DNA of 64,000 nucleotides from an uncultured Candidatus Micrarchaeota archaeon (GTDB taxonomy: Archaea > Micrarchaeota > Micrarchaeia > Burarchaeales > Fermentimicrarchaeaceae). The DNA lies in assembly GCA_903884505.1 (NCBI GenBank), contig CAISET010000015.1, positions 10,819 to 74,818 of the forward strand, written 5' to 3'. Numbering within the stretch: position 1 is the first letter of the stretch; every line of letters begins with the position of its first letter. The translations under genes and the position numbers were made by a program. Positions 39,429 through 49,695 of this stretch are shown one piece after another. Below the pieces are notes generated by a model, which searched no databases, was not told where the DNA came from, and saw only the letters and a program-made list of their open reading frames with translations.

Positions 39429-39533
39429 TTATTCCCGGCCACCCGCATATTTATGGCGTTCAAGTTAAAATAAATGCCCTCCGCCGAGGGCGCGGTAAAA
39501 ACCTTTTTAACCCCCTCTCCAAATTATAGGCTC

Positions 39534-40064
39534 ATGCGACGGAACAAGGGACAGGCATCCATTGATTCGCCTTCGGCGAAAGCTCGCCGCCTGCTGGGGC
39601 AGGCGTCGATGGAACTTCTAATCACCCTAGCCTTCGCCCTCGTGATGCTCATACCAATCACCATCCTGGTCTACCTGCAGACGTCCTCCGGCTCGGAGCA
39701 GCTGGCGATAGACCAGGCGCAGCAGAGCGCGGCAAGGCTTAAGAACATCGCGGACACCGTGGCGGCCCAGGGCCCGCCGGCGAAGGCGACTATAAGCATA
39801 GTGATTCCACAGAGGCTGAACAGCATAACGATAGGCAGCGCCTCCGCGCCAGGAATAGGCAGGGAGATAATCTTCCACGTAGCGACTTCGGCTGGAGACA
39901 CCGAGATAGTCGCGACAACGCTTTACAATGTTACCGGCGACCTGAGCAACTACACGAAGGCAGGCACGTACCCCATCTATGCTGAAGCTGTGGACGACTG
40001 CCGCACATGTGATGGGAACATCATCGGGCCTGGCCTTCCATGCGTGGTCATCTGTCCGGCGTAG
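39534..40064 (+). CDS. Class III signal peptide (type IV pilin-like) protein with duplicated leader
   Basis: KGQASID...LLGQASMELL plus hydrophobic helix; TTTTTAA box at ~39504. Confidence 0.85.
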   Translation: MRRNKGQASIDSPSAKARRLLGQASMELLITLAFALVMLIPITILVYLQTSSGSEQLAIDQAQQSAARLKNIADTVAAQGPPAKATISIVIPQRLNSITIGSASAPGIGREIIFHVATSAGDTEIVATTLYNVTGDLSNYTKAGTYPIYAEAVDDCRTCDGNIIGPGLPCVVICPA

Positions 40065-40074
40065 GGGTGGAAAA

Positions 40075-40539
40075 ATGCGCCGCGCACAGCAGAGCGTTGA
40101 ACTTATGGTCGTGTTCGCGACAGCGCTTGCCACGTTCATAATCTTCTACGCGCTCTTCGCCCAGCAGTATGGCGAGGGCGCGCGCAGGCAGGCGGAAACG
40201 GACGGGACGACACTCACGCAGCAGCTTGCGGAGGAGATAAACATCGCGGCGCGCGCAGGCGACGGCTATTCGAGAAAAATCAGCTACCCGGCGAGAATTC
40301 CCGGGGCCATCAACTACTCGCTGGAGATAAACAACCGCTCCGGCTCGGTGGACCTCGCGATGGAGATGGGCTCGGGCTCGTTCTTCCTTTACTCCGCGCC
40401 TACGCTCACGCGCAACATAACGGGCGAGCCGGCGTATGCGTCCGCATACGGCTACTCCCTTATAATAGCCAGGGGGGCGGCGTATGTCGAGAACAGGGGC
40501 GGGATGATAATCATAAACCAGACAAAGGCGGTCAGATGA
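40075..40539 (+). CDS. Type IV pilin-like protein
   Basis: MRRAQQSVELMVVF class III signal; AGDGYSR motif. Confidence 0.85.
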   Translation: MRRAQQSVELMVVFATALATFIIFYALFAQQYGEGARRQAETDGTTLTQQLAEEINIAARAGDGYSRKISYPARIPGAINYSLEINNRSGSVDLAMEMGSGSFFLYSAPTLTRNITGEPAYASAYGYSLIIARGAAYVENRGGMIIINQTKAVR

Positions 40540-41177
40540 GCTCCCTGAAAGGCCAGACGTGGTCCTACGACCTCGTGATAGCGGTAGTGGTGTTCATGCT
40601 CACCCTCGCATTCCTCATCTTCTTCTGGTGGAGCGTCTCCACGACCATCGGGATGCCGCGGGGGGAGAAGCTGTCGGAGGATGCGAGTGCGATGGCGGAC
40701 GTCCTGCTCTCGCCCGGGAACCCCGCCGACTGGAACGGCACGGTGGACACATCGAACTCGACCTTCTGGGCCAATATAAGCCTGCTCGGAATCGGCGAGG
40801 GGTTCGGCTCCCCGAAAATTTCACAGGACAAGGCCGAGAAGATTCTTGCGATGAACGGAACGAACTACACCGAGCTGAAAGGGAGGTTCATCTCCCCCTA
40901 TAACTTCTACGTGGAGATGAAGGAGTTCTACAACTGCTCGGATCCGGGGGTGGAGTCCTCGCCAATCAACTGCACAGGACGGGGAATTGCGCCCGGCTCG
41001 CCCGAATACTCGGAGCTGGAGCATTATGTCCAGGTCAGCGGGCAGAACTTCACGCTCGGCATCCCGCCATCGGCAGGCGGAGCCCGCTCAGCCGCGGTGG
41101 TGAACAGGTTCGCGATATACAACAATTCATTGGTGAAGCTGAAGGTAGTGCTATGGACAAACCAGACCTGGCAATGA
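40536..41177 (+). CDS. Minor pilin-like protein
   Basis: KGQTWSYDLVIAVVVF; SPGNPADW motif. Confidence 0.82.
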   Translation: MSSLKGQTWSYDLVIAVVVFMLTLAFLIFFWWSVSTTIGMPRGEKLSEDASAMADVLLSPGNPADWNGTVDTSNSTFWANISLLGIGEGFGSPKISQDKAEKILAMNGTNYTELKGRFISPYNFYVEMKEFYNCSDPGVESSPINCTGRGIAPGSPEYSELEHYVQVSGQNFTLGIPPSAGGARSAAVVNRFAIYNNSLVKLKVVLWTNQTWQ

Positions 41178-41671
41178 ATAGGAAAGGCGTGGTCCTTACC
41201 ATGGACGCGCTCTTCGCCCTAGCCCTGCTGCTCATCTCCGCGGTACTGATAATAATGATGCTCGCAAGGCCGAGCGCACAGCAGCCCCCGGGCTCCCAGG
41301 CAGCGGGCGACATGATGGACTCGCTCAAGTCCATGAAGCTCGCGGAGCTCGACGGCAACCCCCGCTACCCATACGCCAATTACGTGCTCCACAACAACCT
41401 CACGAGCGCGTTCAACCGGACCGTAATCGAGGCGATTGCGGACCTCTACATGTCCAACAAGACGGGCGAGGCGCAGAACCTTTCGAGCGAGATGCTCGAG
41501 CCCGCCATCCCCGGCGACTACGGGGTGGACCTGATGATTGAGAATTCATCCACCTTCAACAGCATGTTCAGCTCTTCGCGGGGTGCGCAACGGAATTACG
41601 TCAGCGTCGCAAGGCACTTCATATACTACAATAACGTGACGCGCGAGATAAGGCTGGTGCTTTACAAATAG
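41174..41671 (+). CDS. Minor pilin-like protein
   Basis: MNRKGVVLTMDALFAL class III-like signal; ATGA coupling to the upstream gene. Confidence 0.8.
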   Translation: MNRKGVVLTMDALFALALLLISAVLIIMMLARPSAQQPPGSQAAGDMMDSLKSMKLAELDGNPRYPYANYVLHNNLTSAFNRTVIEAIADLYMSNKTGEAQNLSSEMLEPAIPGDYGVDLMIENSSTFNSMFSSSRGAQRNYVSVARHFIYYNNVTREIRLVLYK

Positions 41672-41679
41672 GTGAAAAC

Positions 41680-43752
41680 TTGGAAAAACGCAGAAATGTG
41701 CTCAAAGGATTCTTCTTCACGCTACTGATAGTCGTGCTGTTCTCGCTCATCCTCCTCTCGCTGCGCGCCTGGATGAAGGGGCAGCAGGGTCCCGAGGAGC
41801 TGAATGCGGTAAGGGAACGGGCGGATGCAATGACCAGCATGATGGGCTCATGCGCCGCTGACGCGGACAGGATGACCTACCTCGCAGGCAACCGCTCGCT
41901 CTATTATGCGGCGTTCTATTCCGCCTACAACCTGACCGCGCACAGCAGCTCCAACCGCAGCGCCTACGAGATAATGTGGAACGCATCGCTCAACGGCTCC
42001 CCGAACTACGGTGTTCCGCCGGACACGTGCACTGCAGGCTCAAGCTTCTGCTATTTCGCAAACCAGACCGAGAACGCGACAATGGGCCTCTGGTGGCAGG
42101 GATTTGCGGCTGCCGCAGAAAAATACGGCTTCGACGCAAGCTGGCGACTCCACAGCTTCAACGCTTCCCAGTCCTCCCTCTCCGGAGTCTCGATTGCGCA
42201 CACCGCCAGCTTCGGGCTCAATGATTCGGCCGGCGTCGCATCGTTCAACAGGACGGTCTCGTTCAACAGGACCGTGAACATAACCGGCTTCGAGGACCCC
42301 ACGCACGCCATCTTCACCGACGGCGCAACACACCGCAACATCACCTGGTGGCCATACGACGCAAGCTATAATCTCACCTCAACAATCGCCACCGCAAGCA
42401 ACGGAAGCGGCTGGGTTTATGGCAATGCCACAACAATCCCCGGATGCTGCGTGGTCGACAACTGCACGGACGGCACGTTCGATGCCGTGGACTGGAACAC
42501 GACGCTCGTGGTAAACGATTCCAGCGCGCTCGCAGCGAACTGCCCTGATGCCGTGGCCAACAACTTCCGCGGAATCCTCTCCAACTACGGGAACGATTCC
42601 ATGTCAAGCATCACGGTCCCGAATGCATTCAACTTCGTCGGCGACATAACCTCCCTGGTGCCGAACGGGACCGCCGTGCTCATAAACAACGAAGGCGACA
42701 CGCACGAGGCCCTGGACGTGGAGGGGCTGCGCAACCTCACCGAATACGGCGCGTACTACAGGGAGAACCAGAACGCCCCGGACTTCATGATGCGGCTCGA
42801 GATGAATTTCAGCAACTCTCCATACGGGATTGAGTCGCTGATGAACTACTCGGAGGTCACGGACGCCGGCTTAAACCGCTCCTGGGCGGACTATTATTTC
42901 ATCAACGGGACCAGCTGCTCGGACTTGGCATCGGGATGCTTCAAAATCAAGGGGACCCTGAACTGCGAGAACTCCACGAACTGCAGCGACGACTCGGCAA
43001 TCCATTTCAGGCTGGACAACGAGACCGTGGTGGCGCAGCTTCCGGGATGCGTGCAGCCCCCTTCCGGGATGGTCGGGTGGTGGCATTTCGACGAGGGGAC
43101 CGGAACGAACGCCGCAGACAGCTCGGGAAACGGCAATAACGGGACGGTAAACGGCGCAACCTGGAACTCCAGCGGGATGTTCGGGGATGCGCTGACGTTT
43201 GACGGGAGTAATGATTATGTGAATACGACTTCGTCCGCCGGGTTATCCGGAGATTTTACGCTAGAAGCGTGGTTCATCGCAAATACCGTCCCAAACAGCA
43301 AAGGAATCGTAAGTGCCGGCTGCCAAACACCGTCGCAAAATTGTACAGATATAATGGGGTATGACGATAATATAACCGCGTTCATTGGGAGCGGTGGGGC
43401 ATACCTCTACTTGGTGGGGAACACGCCAATTGCTACAGATACCTGGTATTTTGCAACGGTAACCTATAACAGCACAACCCAGAATGTTTCTTTGTATGTT
43501 AATGGCGCGTATGACGCGAGCGCAATCCAGGCTACAACCGTTTCATTAACGCCTGTCTTCGGCAGGTTCTATTCCAATTACAACGATTATTATTTCAACG
43601 GCACCATCGACGAGGTCGCAATCTACAACCGCGCCCTCACGCAGGATGAGATTCAGGCAATCTACAATGCGGGCCCCGCAGGAATGTGCTACGGCATGAG
43701 CATGCCGCACCTCAACTACTACGGGATGGAGAACCTGACCCTGCCGAACTAG
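41680..43752 (+). CDS. Pilin-like protein with C-terminal LamG/concanavalin A-like domain
   Basis: KGFFFTLL signal; GWWHFDEG...DSSGNGNNGT...FNGTIDEVAIYNRALT. Confidence 0.88.
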   Translation: MEKRRNVLKGFFFTLLIVVLFSLILLSLRAWMKGQQGPEELNAVRERADAMTSMMGSCAADADRMTYLAGNRSLYYAAFYSAYNLTAHSSSNRSAYEIMWNASLNGSPNYGVPPDTCTAGSSFCYFANQTENATMGLWWQGFAAAAEKYGFDASWRLHSFNASQSSLSGVSIAHTASFGLNDSAGVASFNRTVSFNRTVNITGFEDPTHAIFTDGATHRNITWWPYDASYNLTSTIATASNGSGWVYGNATTIPGCCVVDNCTDGTFDAVDWNTTLVVNDSSALAANCPDAVANNFRGILSNYGNDSMSSITVPNAFNFVGDITSLVPNGTAVLINNEGDTHEALDVEGLRNLTEYGAYYRENQNAPDFMMRLEMNFSNSPYGIESLMNYSEVTDAGLNRSWADYYFINGTSCSDLASGCFKIKGTLNCENSTNCSDDSAIHFRLDNETVVAQLPGCVQPPSGMVGWWHFDEGTGTNAADSSGNGNNGTVNGATWNSSGMFGDALTFDGSNDYVNTTSSAGLSGDFTLEAWFIANTVPNSKGIVSAGCQTPSQNCTDIMGYDDNITAFIGSGGAYLYLVGNTPIATDTWYFATVTYNSTTQNVSLYVNGAYDASAIQATTVSLTPVFGRFYSNYNDYYFNGTIDEVAIYNRALTQDEIQAIYNAGPAGMCYGMSMPHLNYYGMENLTLPN

Positions 43753-43753
43753 T

Positions 43754-44116
43754 TAGCCCTTTTGGATGGCAACAAATTCATGCCGCCTTGCGGCAACAGC
43801 TTGCCCGCCACCAAGCGGGCAATCGCCTGCTGGCGAAATGTTGGCAACTGCGGCCGCCAACGCTCGCTGCCATATCCAGCCGCCTTCGGCGATTGATTTC
43901 GCCTTGCGGCGAAAGCTTTCGCATCCCGGATGCGAAATTTTAGCGGCAAAGCCGCTAAAGCTGTCGCTTTGCCGCGGGCAAAGCGCCATTGAGTCGCCTT
44001 TCGGCGACAGCTCAAATCGCCTGCGGCGATAACTGCGCAACTCACGTTGCGCATCGCCAACTTCGTTGGCGACTGTCTGTTGTTTCGCCCCGCTCAACAA
44101 CATCCTAAAAGCGCTA
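43754..44116. mobile_element. Modular hairpin element, copy D (about a dozen hairpins, different terminal repeats)
   Basis: Ends TAGCCCTTTTGGATG ... CATCCTAAAAGCGCTA; shares AACTGCGCAACTCACGTTGCGCATCGCCAACTTCGTTGGCGACTG with copy A; lies between convergent genes. Confidence 0.7.
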
Positions 44117-44135
44117 GCGGAAAATGCCAAACTCT

Positions 44136-45122
44136 TTACGTAAGTATCCCGGCGAAGACGGTGCTGAATATCCAGTTCGTCATGAAGAAGATCGACAGCC
44201 CGGCAGCCATGATGAAGGGCATTATCCTTAGGCCGTTGGCGGAATTGCCGGTCTGTATGACCGCTATTATAAGAGACGCGATTGCCGTGGTGATGATGGT
44301 CGAGAGAAGGGAGAATGCGAAGAAGTCCGAGGACGTGATTCCGGGTGGCTGGGGCGAGAGGAACATCATCCCGCCGGTCGGCAGGCCCTCGGGGTTCTGC
44401 TCCAGCACCCTGTCCCATATGACGTTCGTGATGTTTATGAGCTGGTTGGACAGCGCATAGAGCAGGGGCGCGCCGACCACGCTCGCGAATATTATGAATA
44501 TGACATACATCAGCATCATTCCGGAAATCTCCTTGTGGAGCAGCTGCAGGTTCCTTATGTCCTGCCCCGTCTTCTCGAGCAGCGCCGCGACCTCGCCACC
44601 TGCCGACATCCCCTCAACGAGGAGGTTTATCGTCCTCTCGAGCGTCTTCGACTGGAACCGCGTCCCGAGCCTCTTTATCGCATCCATGAAAGGCTCGCCG
44701 CTGAACGTCCTCTTCGTGACCATCTCCACCTCCTGCGAGAGCAGGCCGAACTCGGGCCTGGCGGCGAACCACAGCGCCCGGTCTATGGGCATGCCGGCGC
44801 GCACATTGGCGCTCGCGAGCTGGAGGAACTCCGGGAGGATGTTCTCCACCTTGTTCCGCCTGTCGTCTATCCTGAGGAGCAGCCACGCATAAATTATCCC
44901 AAGCGCCACGAATATGAGGCACAGGGAAACTATCAGCGCATATTTCGGAAGGAACGGGTTGATGAGGAAGAACGAGACCAGCGGGACGATCGCGCAGAGC
45001 ACCATAACCGTGCCCACGAACGCCTCGGGCCTCATGTTCACTCCTGCCATCGAGAGCGTGCTCGCAATTCCCATCACGAAGTTCCTCGGAAACATCCTTC
45101 CCAGTGCGTTAAGCTCAACCAT
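44136..45122 (-). CDS. Type IV pilus platform protein (T2SSF/TadC-like)
   Basis: LPEFLQLASANVRAGMPIDRAL...EFGLLSQE; multiple TM helices. Confidence 0.9.
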   Translation of the reverse strand: MVELNALGRMFPRNFVMGIASTLSMAGVNMRPEAFVGTVMVLCAIVPLVSFFLINPFLPKYALIVSLCLIFVALGIIYAWLLLRIDDRRNKVENILPEFLQLASANVRAGMPIDRALWFAARPEFGLLSQEVEMVTKRTFSGEPFMDAIKRLGTRFQSKTLERTINLLVEGMSAGGEVAALLEKTGQDIRNLQLLHKEISGMMLMYVIFIIFASVVGAPLLYALSNQLINITNVIWDRVLEQNPEGLPTGGMMFLSPQPPGITSSDFFAFSLLSTIITTAIASLIIAVIQTGNSANGLRIMPFIMAAGLSIFFMTNWIFSTVFAGILT

Positions 45123-45124
45123 AT

Positions 45125-46111
45125 TCAAACCTCGAAGTTCGGCCTTGAAGAACTCATCATCGCAAGGAAGATGTACTGCAGCACCCCGAGCAGGAACAGC
45201 ACGATGAGCAGCATATTGAAGTCAATCTTTATGTTGATGAATGAGGTCAGGATAATGCCTATCGCGATGCCCAGCGAGGGCAGTATGATCCCGAAAAGCA
45301 TGTAGAACATCGTGATCGGGTTCAGCGTCTGCCCGTACCTCTTGAGCGCGATAACCTGCTCCTGCGAAATCTGGCTCAGCACTATCTCGAGCGCCAGCGC
45401 CATGTCGGCGCCGGACCTCATCGATGTGACCATCTGCAGGAGTATCTGCCTGAACGGCTTGGAGGTGTTCATGTCGCTGGACTCCTGCATGGCGATCTCC
45501 GCGGGCACGCCGCTCTGTATCCTCTCCACAATCTTCCCGAATTCCTCGCTCGCCACCCCGTAGTTCCTGCTGACGTTCGCCATCGCGTTGAAGAGCGGGA
45601 CGCCGGACTTTATGGCAATAAGCATGTCCCTCCCGGCGAAAAGCACGTCCCTGTCGAGGTCCTTCTCCCTCGCCTTTATCTTGACTTTCGGATACTGTAT
45701 AACCCACAGGAAGACGGCCGCGAAAACCAGCGGTATCACGAGCAGCGTTAGGAGCAGCGGCAAACTCAGGGTGGTCGCCAGCACTGCGAACAGTACTCCG
45801 CCCCCAAGCGCGAATATGGTTGCGACAATGAGGGTTTGTGCGATGAATTTTGGCGCGTCCATCGGCATGTTCGCCCTCTTCAGGTTCTTCTGGAGCTCCG
45901 GGAACCGCTTCTCTAGGAGCCTGAGGCCTATCTTGATATAGTCGGTCCGCTGCTTCGCCTCCACCCGCGGGAACTTCTTCGGAGGCGCCTTCTCAGCTTC
46001 CGTCCTCTCCACCAGGGCCGCCGTCTCCTTCTTCTGCTTGGCGCTGAGCTTCTTCTTCGCCTCCTCTATTGCAGCCGCAACCTCTGCAGCGCTTTTCTCA
46101 GCCATAAGCAT
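45125..46111 (-). CDS. Type IV pilus platform protein (T2SSF/TadB-like)
   Basis: IKSGVPLFNAM...YGVASEEF; MRSGAD; TM helices. Confidence 0.88.
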   Translation of the reverse strand: MLMAEKSAAEVAAAIEEAKKKLSAKQKKETAALVERTEAEKAPPKKFPRVEAKQRTDYIKIGLRLLEKRFPELQKNLKRANMPMDAPKFIAQTLIVATIFALGGGVLFAVLATTLSLPLLLTLLVIPLVFAAVFLWVIQYPKVKIKAREKDLDRDVLFAGRDMLIAIKSGVPLFNAMANVSRNYGVASEEFGKIVERIQSGVPAEIAMQESSDMNTSKPFRQILLQMVTSMRSGADMALALEIVLSQISQEQVIALKRYGQTLNPITMFYMLFGIILPSLGIAIGIILTSFINIKIDFNMLLIVLFLLGVLQYIFLAMMSSSRPNFEV

Positions 46112-46115
46112 CCAC

Positions 46116-46922
46116 TTACTCTTCCTTCATCTCTTTTTCTATCTCCTCTTTTAAGCGTTCCTCTCTTCTCTTCTTTTCCTCAGAGGACATCCTCTCCGAT
46201 ACCTTCCTGGCGATCTCCTCCTTGAGCACCTTCGCGCGCTCCATCCGCTTTGCCTCATCATCGGTCGGCTTCGCCTCGGGCTGCGGTTTTCCCCCCGCTT
46301 CCGGCGCCTGGGACAACTGCTGTGCGGCGGCCGGCTTCCTCTCCTCCATCTTCTCAAACAGCGTCTTCCTCGGGGCCTTCCCCATGAGCTTGGCAAGCCG
46401 CTCCCCCATCAGGCGCCTCTGTTCCTCCTCGCTGACAGCCGCAGTTGGCGCCTTTACCTCGGGCCTGGTTGGCGGTGCGGCAGGCAGTATCTTCCGCTGC
46501 CCAGCAGGCTCGACTGGCCGCGGCGAAGGGGCCTCGGCGGCGGGCTTCTCCGCCTTTGCTGCGGGCTTCGCTTTGACCTCTTCCTCCGCGAACCTCCTCT
46601 TCATCTTCTCCAGCTCTTCCTGCCCACGCTTCTCCCCTTCCTCCGGCGAGACCCTCGCCGCGCGCGGCGCAGCAGCGGCAGCAGGCACCCGTCCCTGCAC
46701 CACCCCCAGCTTGGCCTCGATGCGCAGCGCATCCTCAAGCGCCTTGTCGAAGCTCATCACGGAGATTTCGGTCGGGTCCTTCTCCTCGAAAAGCGCGGCG
46801 CCGGCGAGCTTCTCCTTCGGGATCTCCGGCATCAGGACAAGCAGCCCCTCAAGCCTCTTCACCTCGGCAATCGCCTCGCTGAAAAGAGCCTGGTCCACGT
46901 TTGGCAGCCTTTCTTCCGGCAT
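46116..46922 (-). CDS. Hypothetical low-complexity charged protein in the pilus operon
   Basis: E/K/A/P-rich ORF tightly spaced between the ATPase and platform genes. Confidence 0.75.
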   Translation of the reverse strand: MPEERLPNVDQALFSEAIAEVKRLEGLLVLMPEIPKEKLAGAALFEEKDPTEISVMSFDKALEDALRIEAKLGVVQGRVPAAAAAPRAARVSPEEGEKRGQEELEKMKRRFAEEEVKAKPAAKAEKPAAEAPSPRPVEPAGQRKILPAAPPTRPEVKAPTAAVSEEEQRRLMGERLAKLMGKAPRKTLFEKMEERKPAAAQQLSQAPEAGGKPQPEAKPTDDEAKRMERAKVLKEEIARKVSERMSSEEKKRREERLKEEIEKEMKEE

Positions 46923-46931
46923 TGCACCACG

Positions 46932-48443
46932 CTACCAAAACTGCTCGGGGTTGAACTGCGCATCGGACTGGACCATGTTAAGGACATCCTCGGGGCTCCT
47001 GTAATACCTCGCGATGACAAGCCCCACGTCATCCACTGACATGACCTTGTTCTTGAACATCCACCTGAGCACCTTGGACTTCTCGGCTATGCTCTCGCCT
47101 ATCTCCTGGTGCGTCATGCCAGCATAGAGCGCGAGCGTGTCAGCAAGCACGCTCATCTCGTTCAGCTCCTTGATAGCATCAGTCTTCAAGTCCCATCTGT
47201 AGAGCACGTTCACGTCCCCGCCCTTCGTCACTTCCGCGAACTCCAGCACGCGGCGGATTCCGAGCCTCCTGTGCCTGAACTGGACCACTATCGCGCTGAT
47301 GGCATCCAGCATGGTCTTCGGGATGTTGACGGGCGGGTTTATCAGCCTTGTAATCGTGTCGCCGGCATTGTCCGCGTGCAGTGTCGCGTAAACCGAGTGC
47401 CCCGTGTGCATTGCCTCGAACAGCACCTCTGCCTCGCGCTGCCTTCGAATCTCTCCCACCAGCATCCTGTCGGGCCTCTGCCTCAGGGAATTGACTAGCA
47501 GGTCCAGCATCGTGACCTCTCCCTTCCCCTCGACATTCGCCTCCCTTGTAATCATGGGCACCCACTGGAAGAACTTGGGCAGCGTCAGCTCCCTCGTGTC
47601 CTCAATCGAGACTATGCGCTGGTTCGGCGGGATGAACGCGGAGATGGCGTTGAGGAAGGAGGTCTTCCCGCTCGCGGTCCCTCCGCTCACAATCACCGAG
47701 AGCTCGTTCTGGAAGCAGAGCCAGATGAGCGCAGCCACTTCCGGAGAAATGGTGTTCTTCTCCATCAGGCGCGTTATTGTCCAGGGGTTCCTTGCGAACT
47801 TGCGGATTGTAATCGTGTTGCCGTGCATGGAGACCGGGAACAGCGTGGCATTCACACGCTCCCCGCTCGGCAGGTGTGCGTCCATCAGCGGGTTCAAAAT
47901 GGTTATCTGCTTCCCAATCCTCCTGCCTATGGAAGCGGCATGCTCGTAGATAGCCTCCTCGCTCTTGAGCCTTATGTTCGTCTTGCACCATCCATACGTC
48001 TTGTGGTATATCCAGACGGGCTCATCCGCGCTGTTGACGACTATCTCCTCGAGCTGGTCGTCATGCAGGGGCGGCTCCAATTCGCCCATCCCAAGCATCT
48101 GCTGTATCAAATATGATGCCAAAATCTTCTTCGTGTCTTCGCTGAGCGTCATGAAGTGCTTCTCGAGCAGCCTCGTGGCCTTCTCCTCGAACTTCCTCTT
48201 CACCTGCTCGGCCATCCTCGGATTGATAAGCTCGCTGACATCGAGCTTCACCTCGGTTATGAGCTCTCCCTTCAGCGTGTTCAGGACTATCTTCGTCCCT
48301 TCCCCCAGCCCCGGTATGGCTATTTCATAAAGGGGCACGAAGTCCCTAGTCTGCAAAATCCTGACATTGACCGGTATCCCGTCTGCGTCTATGCTGTACT
48401 GGTCAAGCAGCTTCTCCTCGCCTTTTCCCGCAACATCAGCCAC
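46932..48443 (-). CDS. Type IV pilus assembly ATPase (CpaF/TadA/FlaI family)
   Basis: GGTASGKTS, SIEDTREL, LRQRPDRMLVGEIR, AMHTGH...TLHA. Confidence 0.95.
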   Translation of the reverse strand: MADVAGKGEEKLLDQYSIDADGIPVNVRILQTRDFVPLYEIAIPGLGEGTKIVLNTLKGELITEVKLDVSELINPRMAEQVKRKFEEKATRLLEKHFMTLSEDTKKILASYLIQQMLGMGELEPPLHDDQLEEIVVNSADEPVWIYHKTYGWCKTNIRLKSEEAIYEHAASIGRRIGKQITILNPLMDAHLPSGERVNATLFPVSMHGNTITIRKFARNPWTITRLMEKNTISPEVAALIWLCFQNELSVIVSGGTASGKTSFLNAISAFIPPNQRIVSIEDTRELTLPKFFQWVPMITREANVEGKGEVTMLDLLVNSLRQRPDRMLVGEIRRQREAEVLFEAMHTGHSVYATLHADNAGDTITRLINPPVNIPKTMLDAISAIVVQFRHRRLGIRRVLEFAEVTKGGDVNVLYRWDLKTDAIKELNEMSVLADTLALYAGMTHQEIGESIAEKSKVLRWMFKNKVMSVDDVGLVIARYYRSPEDVLNMVQSDAQFNPEQFW

Positions 48444-48456
48444 TCAACACCACCCG

Positions 48457-49632
48457 CTAGCCCTTCTTCTCCCCCTCAACCTTCCAGATGTTCTTCATCG
48501 AGCCCTTCATCTCCTTCTGCTTGTGCTCGTATTTCTCCTTCTTCTTGTCCGTCTCGGCGAGCCTGCTCTTCGCATCTTCTATGCGCTTCAGGATCTCGTC
48601 CATCGTCATCTTCCCCTTTGAGAAGTCGAGCAGCCCCAGCCCCGAAATAATCTTCTCTAGCTGCTCGCTGATCTCCTTCTTCTCCTCCCGCATCCTCTTC
48701 AGCTCGGCATCGGTCCTGCGCAGCTTCTCAAGCCTGGCATCGAAATCCTTCACGACTGCCTCTGCGTCCGCAATCCTCTTGTCGAGCTCGGCTGACGCGC
48801 CCTTGACATCGGAGTCGGACTTCTTCCCGGCCCCCACGAACCCGCCAATCTTCTTCTCGAACTCGGCCCTGACCTTCTTCACGTCCGTTTCGGAATCCTT
48901 CAGCCTCTTCTCCAGGCCGGTTGCCCTCGCCTTCAGCTCCTCGTGCTCCTTCTCGCGCGCATCCAGCCTCTGCTCGATATCCTTGGACTTCTTCCCCACT
49001 TCCGCAACATAAGCGTCAAGCTCCTTCCTGAGCACCCTGAGCTGCTCCAGCTCGGGCCCCATGGCCGTCAGCGCAGCCTCGAGACCCTTGTCCTCCGCCT
49101 CAGAGCCTTCCGCAATCTTCGCCTCATCGTCAATCTGCGCCCTGAGCGCGACAATCCTCGACTCGAAGCCCTTAGAAAGTTCCGAAATCCTGAAGTTGAC
49201 CTCCTCCTTCTCCCTCTTCAGCTCGTGCATCTTCTCCAGCTGGTTCTTCACGCCGCCCATCTTGACCTCGAAGGCCTCGCTTATCTTCGAGAACTCGTCC
49301 TGCAGCGAATCCAGCTGCTTGCTCAGCTCCATAATCTCCTCGAGCTGCGATTCGCCCACCCTCACCGCTGCCGCGCGCCTGTCCGAAATCTCGGAGGCCT
49401 TCACCTCCATCTCCTCCTTCGTGCGCGCGACCCAGACAAGATAGACTTTCGTAAGCTGGTACTCGATTTTGATAAGCCCCTGCTCCTCGAGGACGGTCGC
49501 CCATTCCTCGAGCACCTGCCTCGACAGCCCCATCCTCAGGGCCGCCTCGTTTATGTCAATCCTCTGTTCTTCCCTGACAAGCTTTATGAACGCATCCACG
49601 CCGGTGCTTATCATTCCCAAATCGAGCGCCAT
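48457..49632 (-). CDS. N-terminal winged-helix plus long coiled-coil protein
   Basis: IDINEAALRMGLSRQVLEEWATVLEEQGLIKIEY followed by ~300 aa of heptads. Confidence 0.8.
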   Translation of the reverse strand: MALDLGMISTGVDAFIKLVREEQRIDINEAALRMGLSRQVLEEWATVLEEQGLIKIEYQLTKVYLVWVARTKEEMEVKASEISDRRAAAVRVGESQLEEIMELSKQLDSLQDEFSKISEAFEVKMGGVKNQLEKMHELKREKEEVNFRISELSKGFESRIVALRAQIDDEAKIAEGSEAEDKGLEAALTAMGPELEQLRVLRKELDAYVAEVGKKSKDIEQRLDAREKEHEELKARATGLEKRLKDSETDVKKVRAEFEKKIGGFVGAGKKSDSDVKGASAELDKRIADAEAVVKDFDARLEKLRRTDAELKRMREEKKEISEQLEKIISGLGLLDFSKGKMTMDEILKRIEDAKSRLAETDKKKEKYEHKQKEMKGSMKNIWKVEGEKKG

Positions 49633-49695
49633 GCCCAGAACTTTTATTAATAGCATTAATAAGCTTTTAGGTGTCATTATAAACGTCGTGATGCC

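Noticed and set aside
43749..44418. Short ORFs over copy D and over 34264-34838
   Set aside because: They are translations of the palindromic elements and tRNA, with no independent coding signal.
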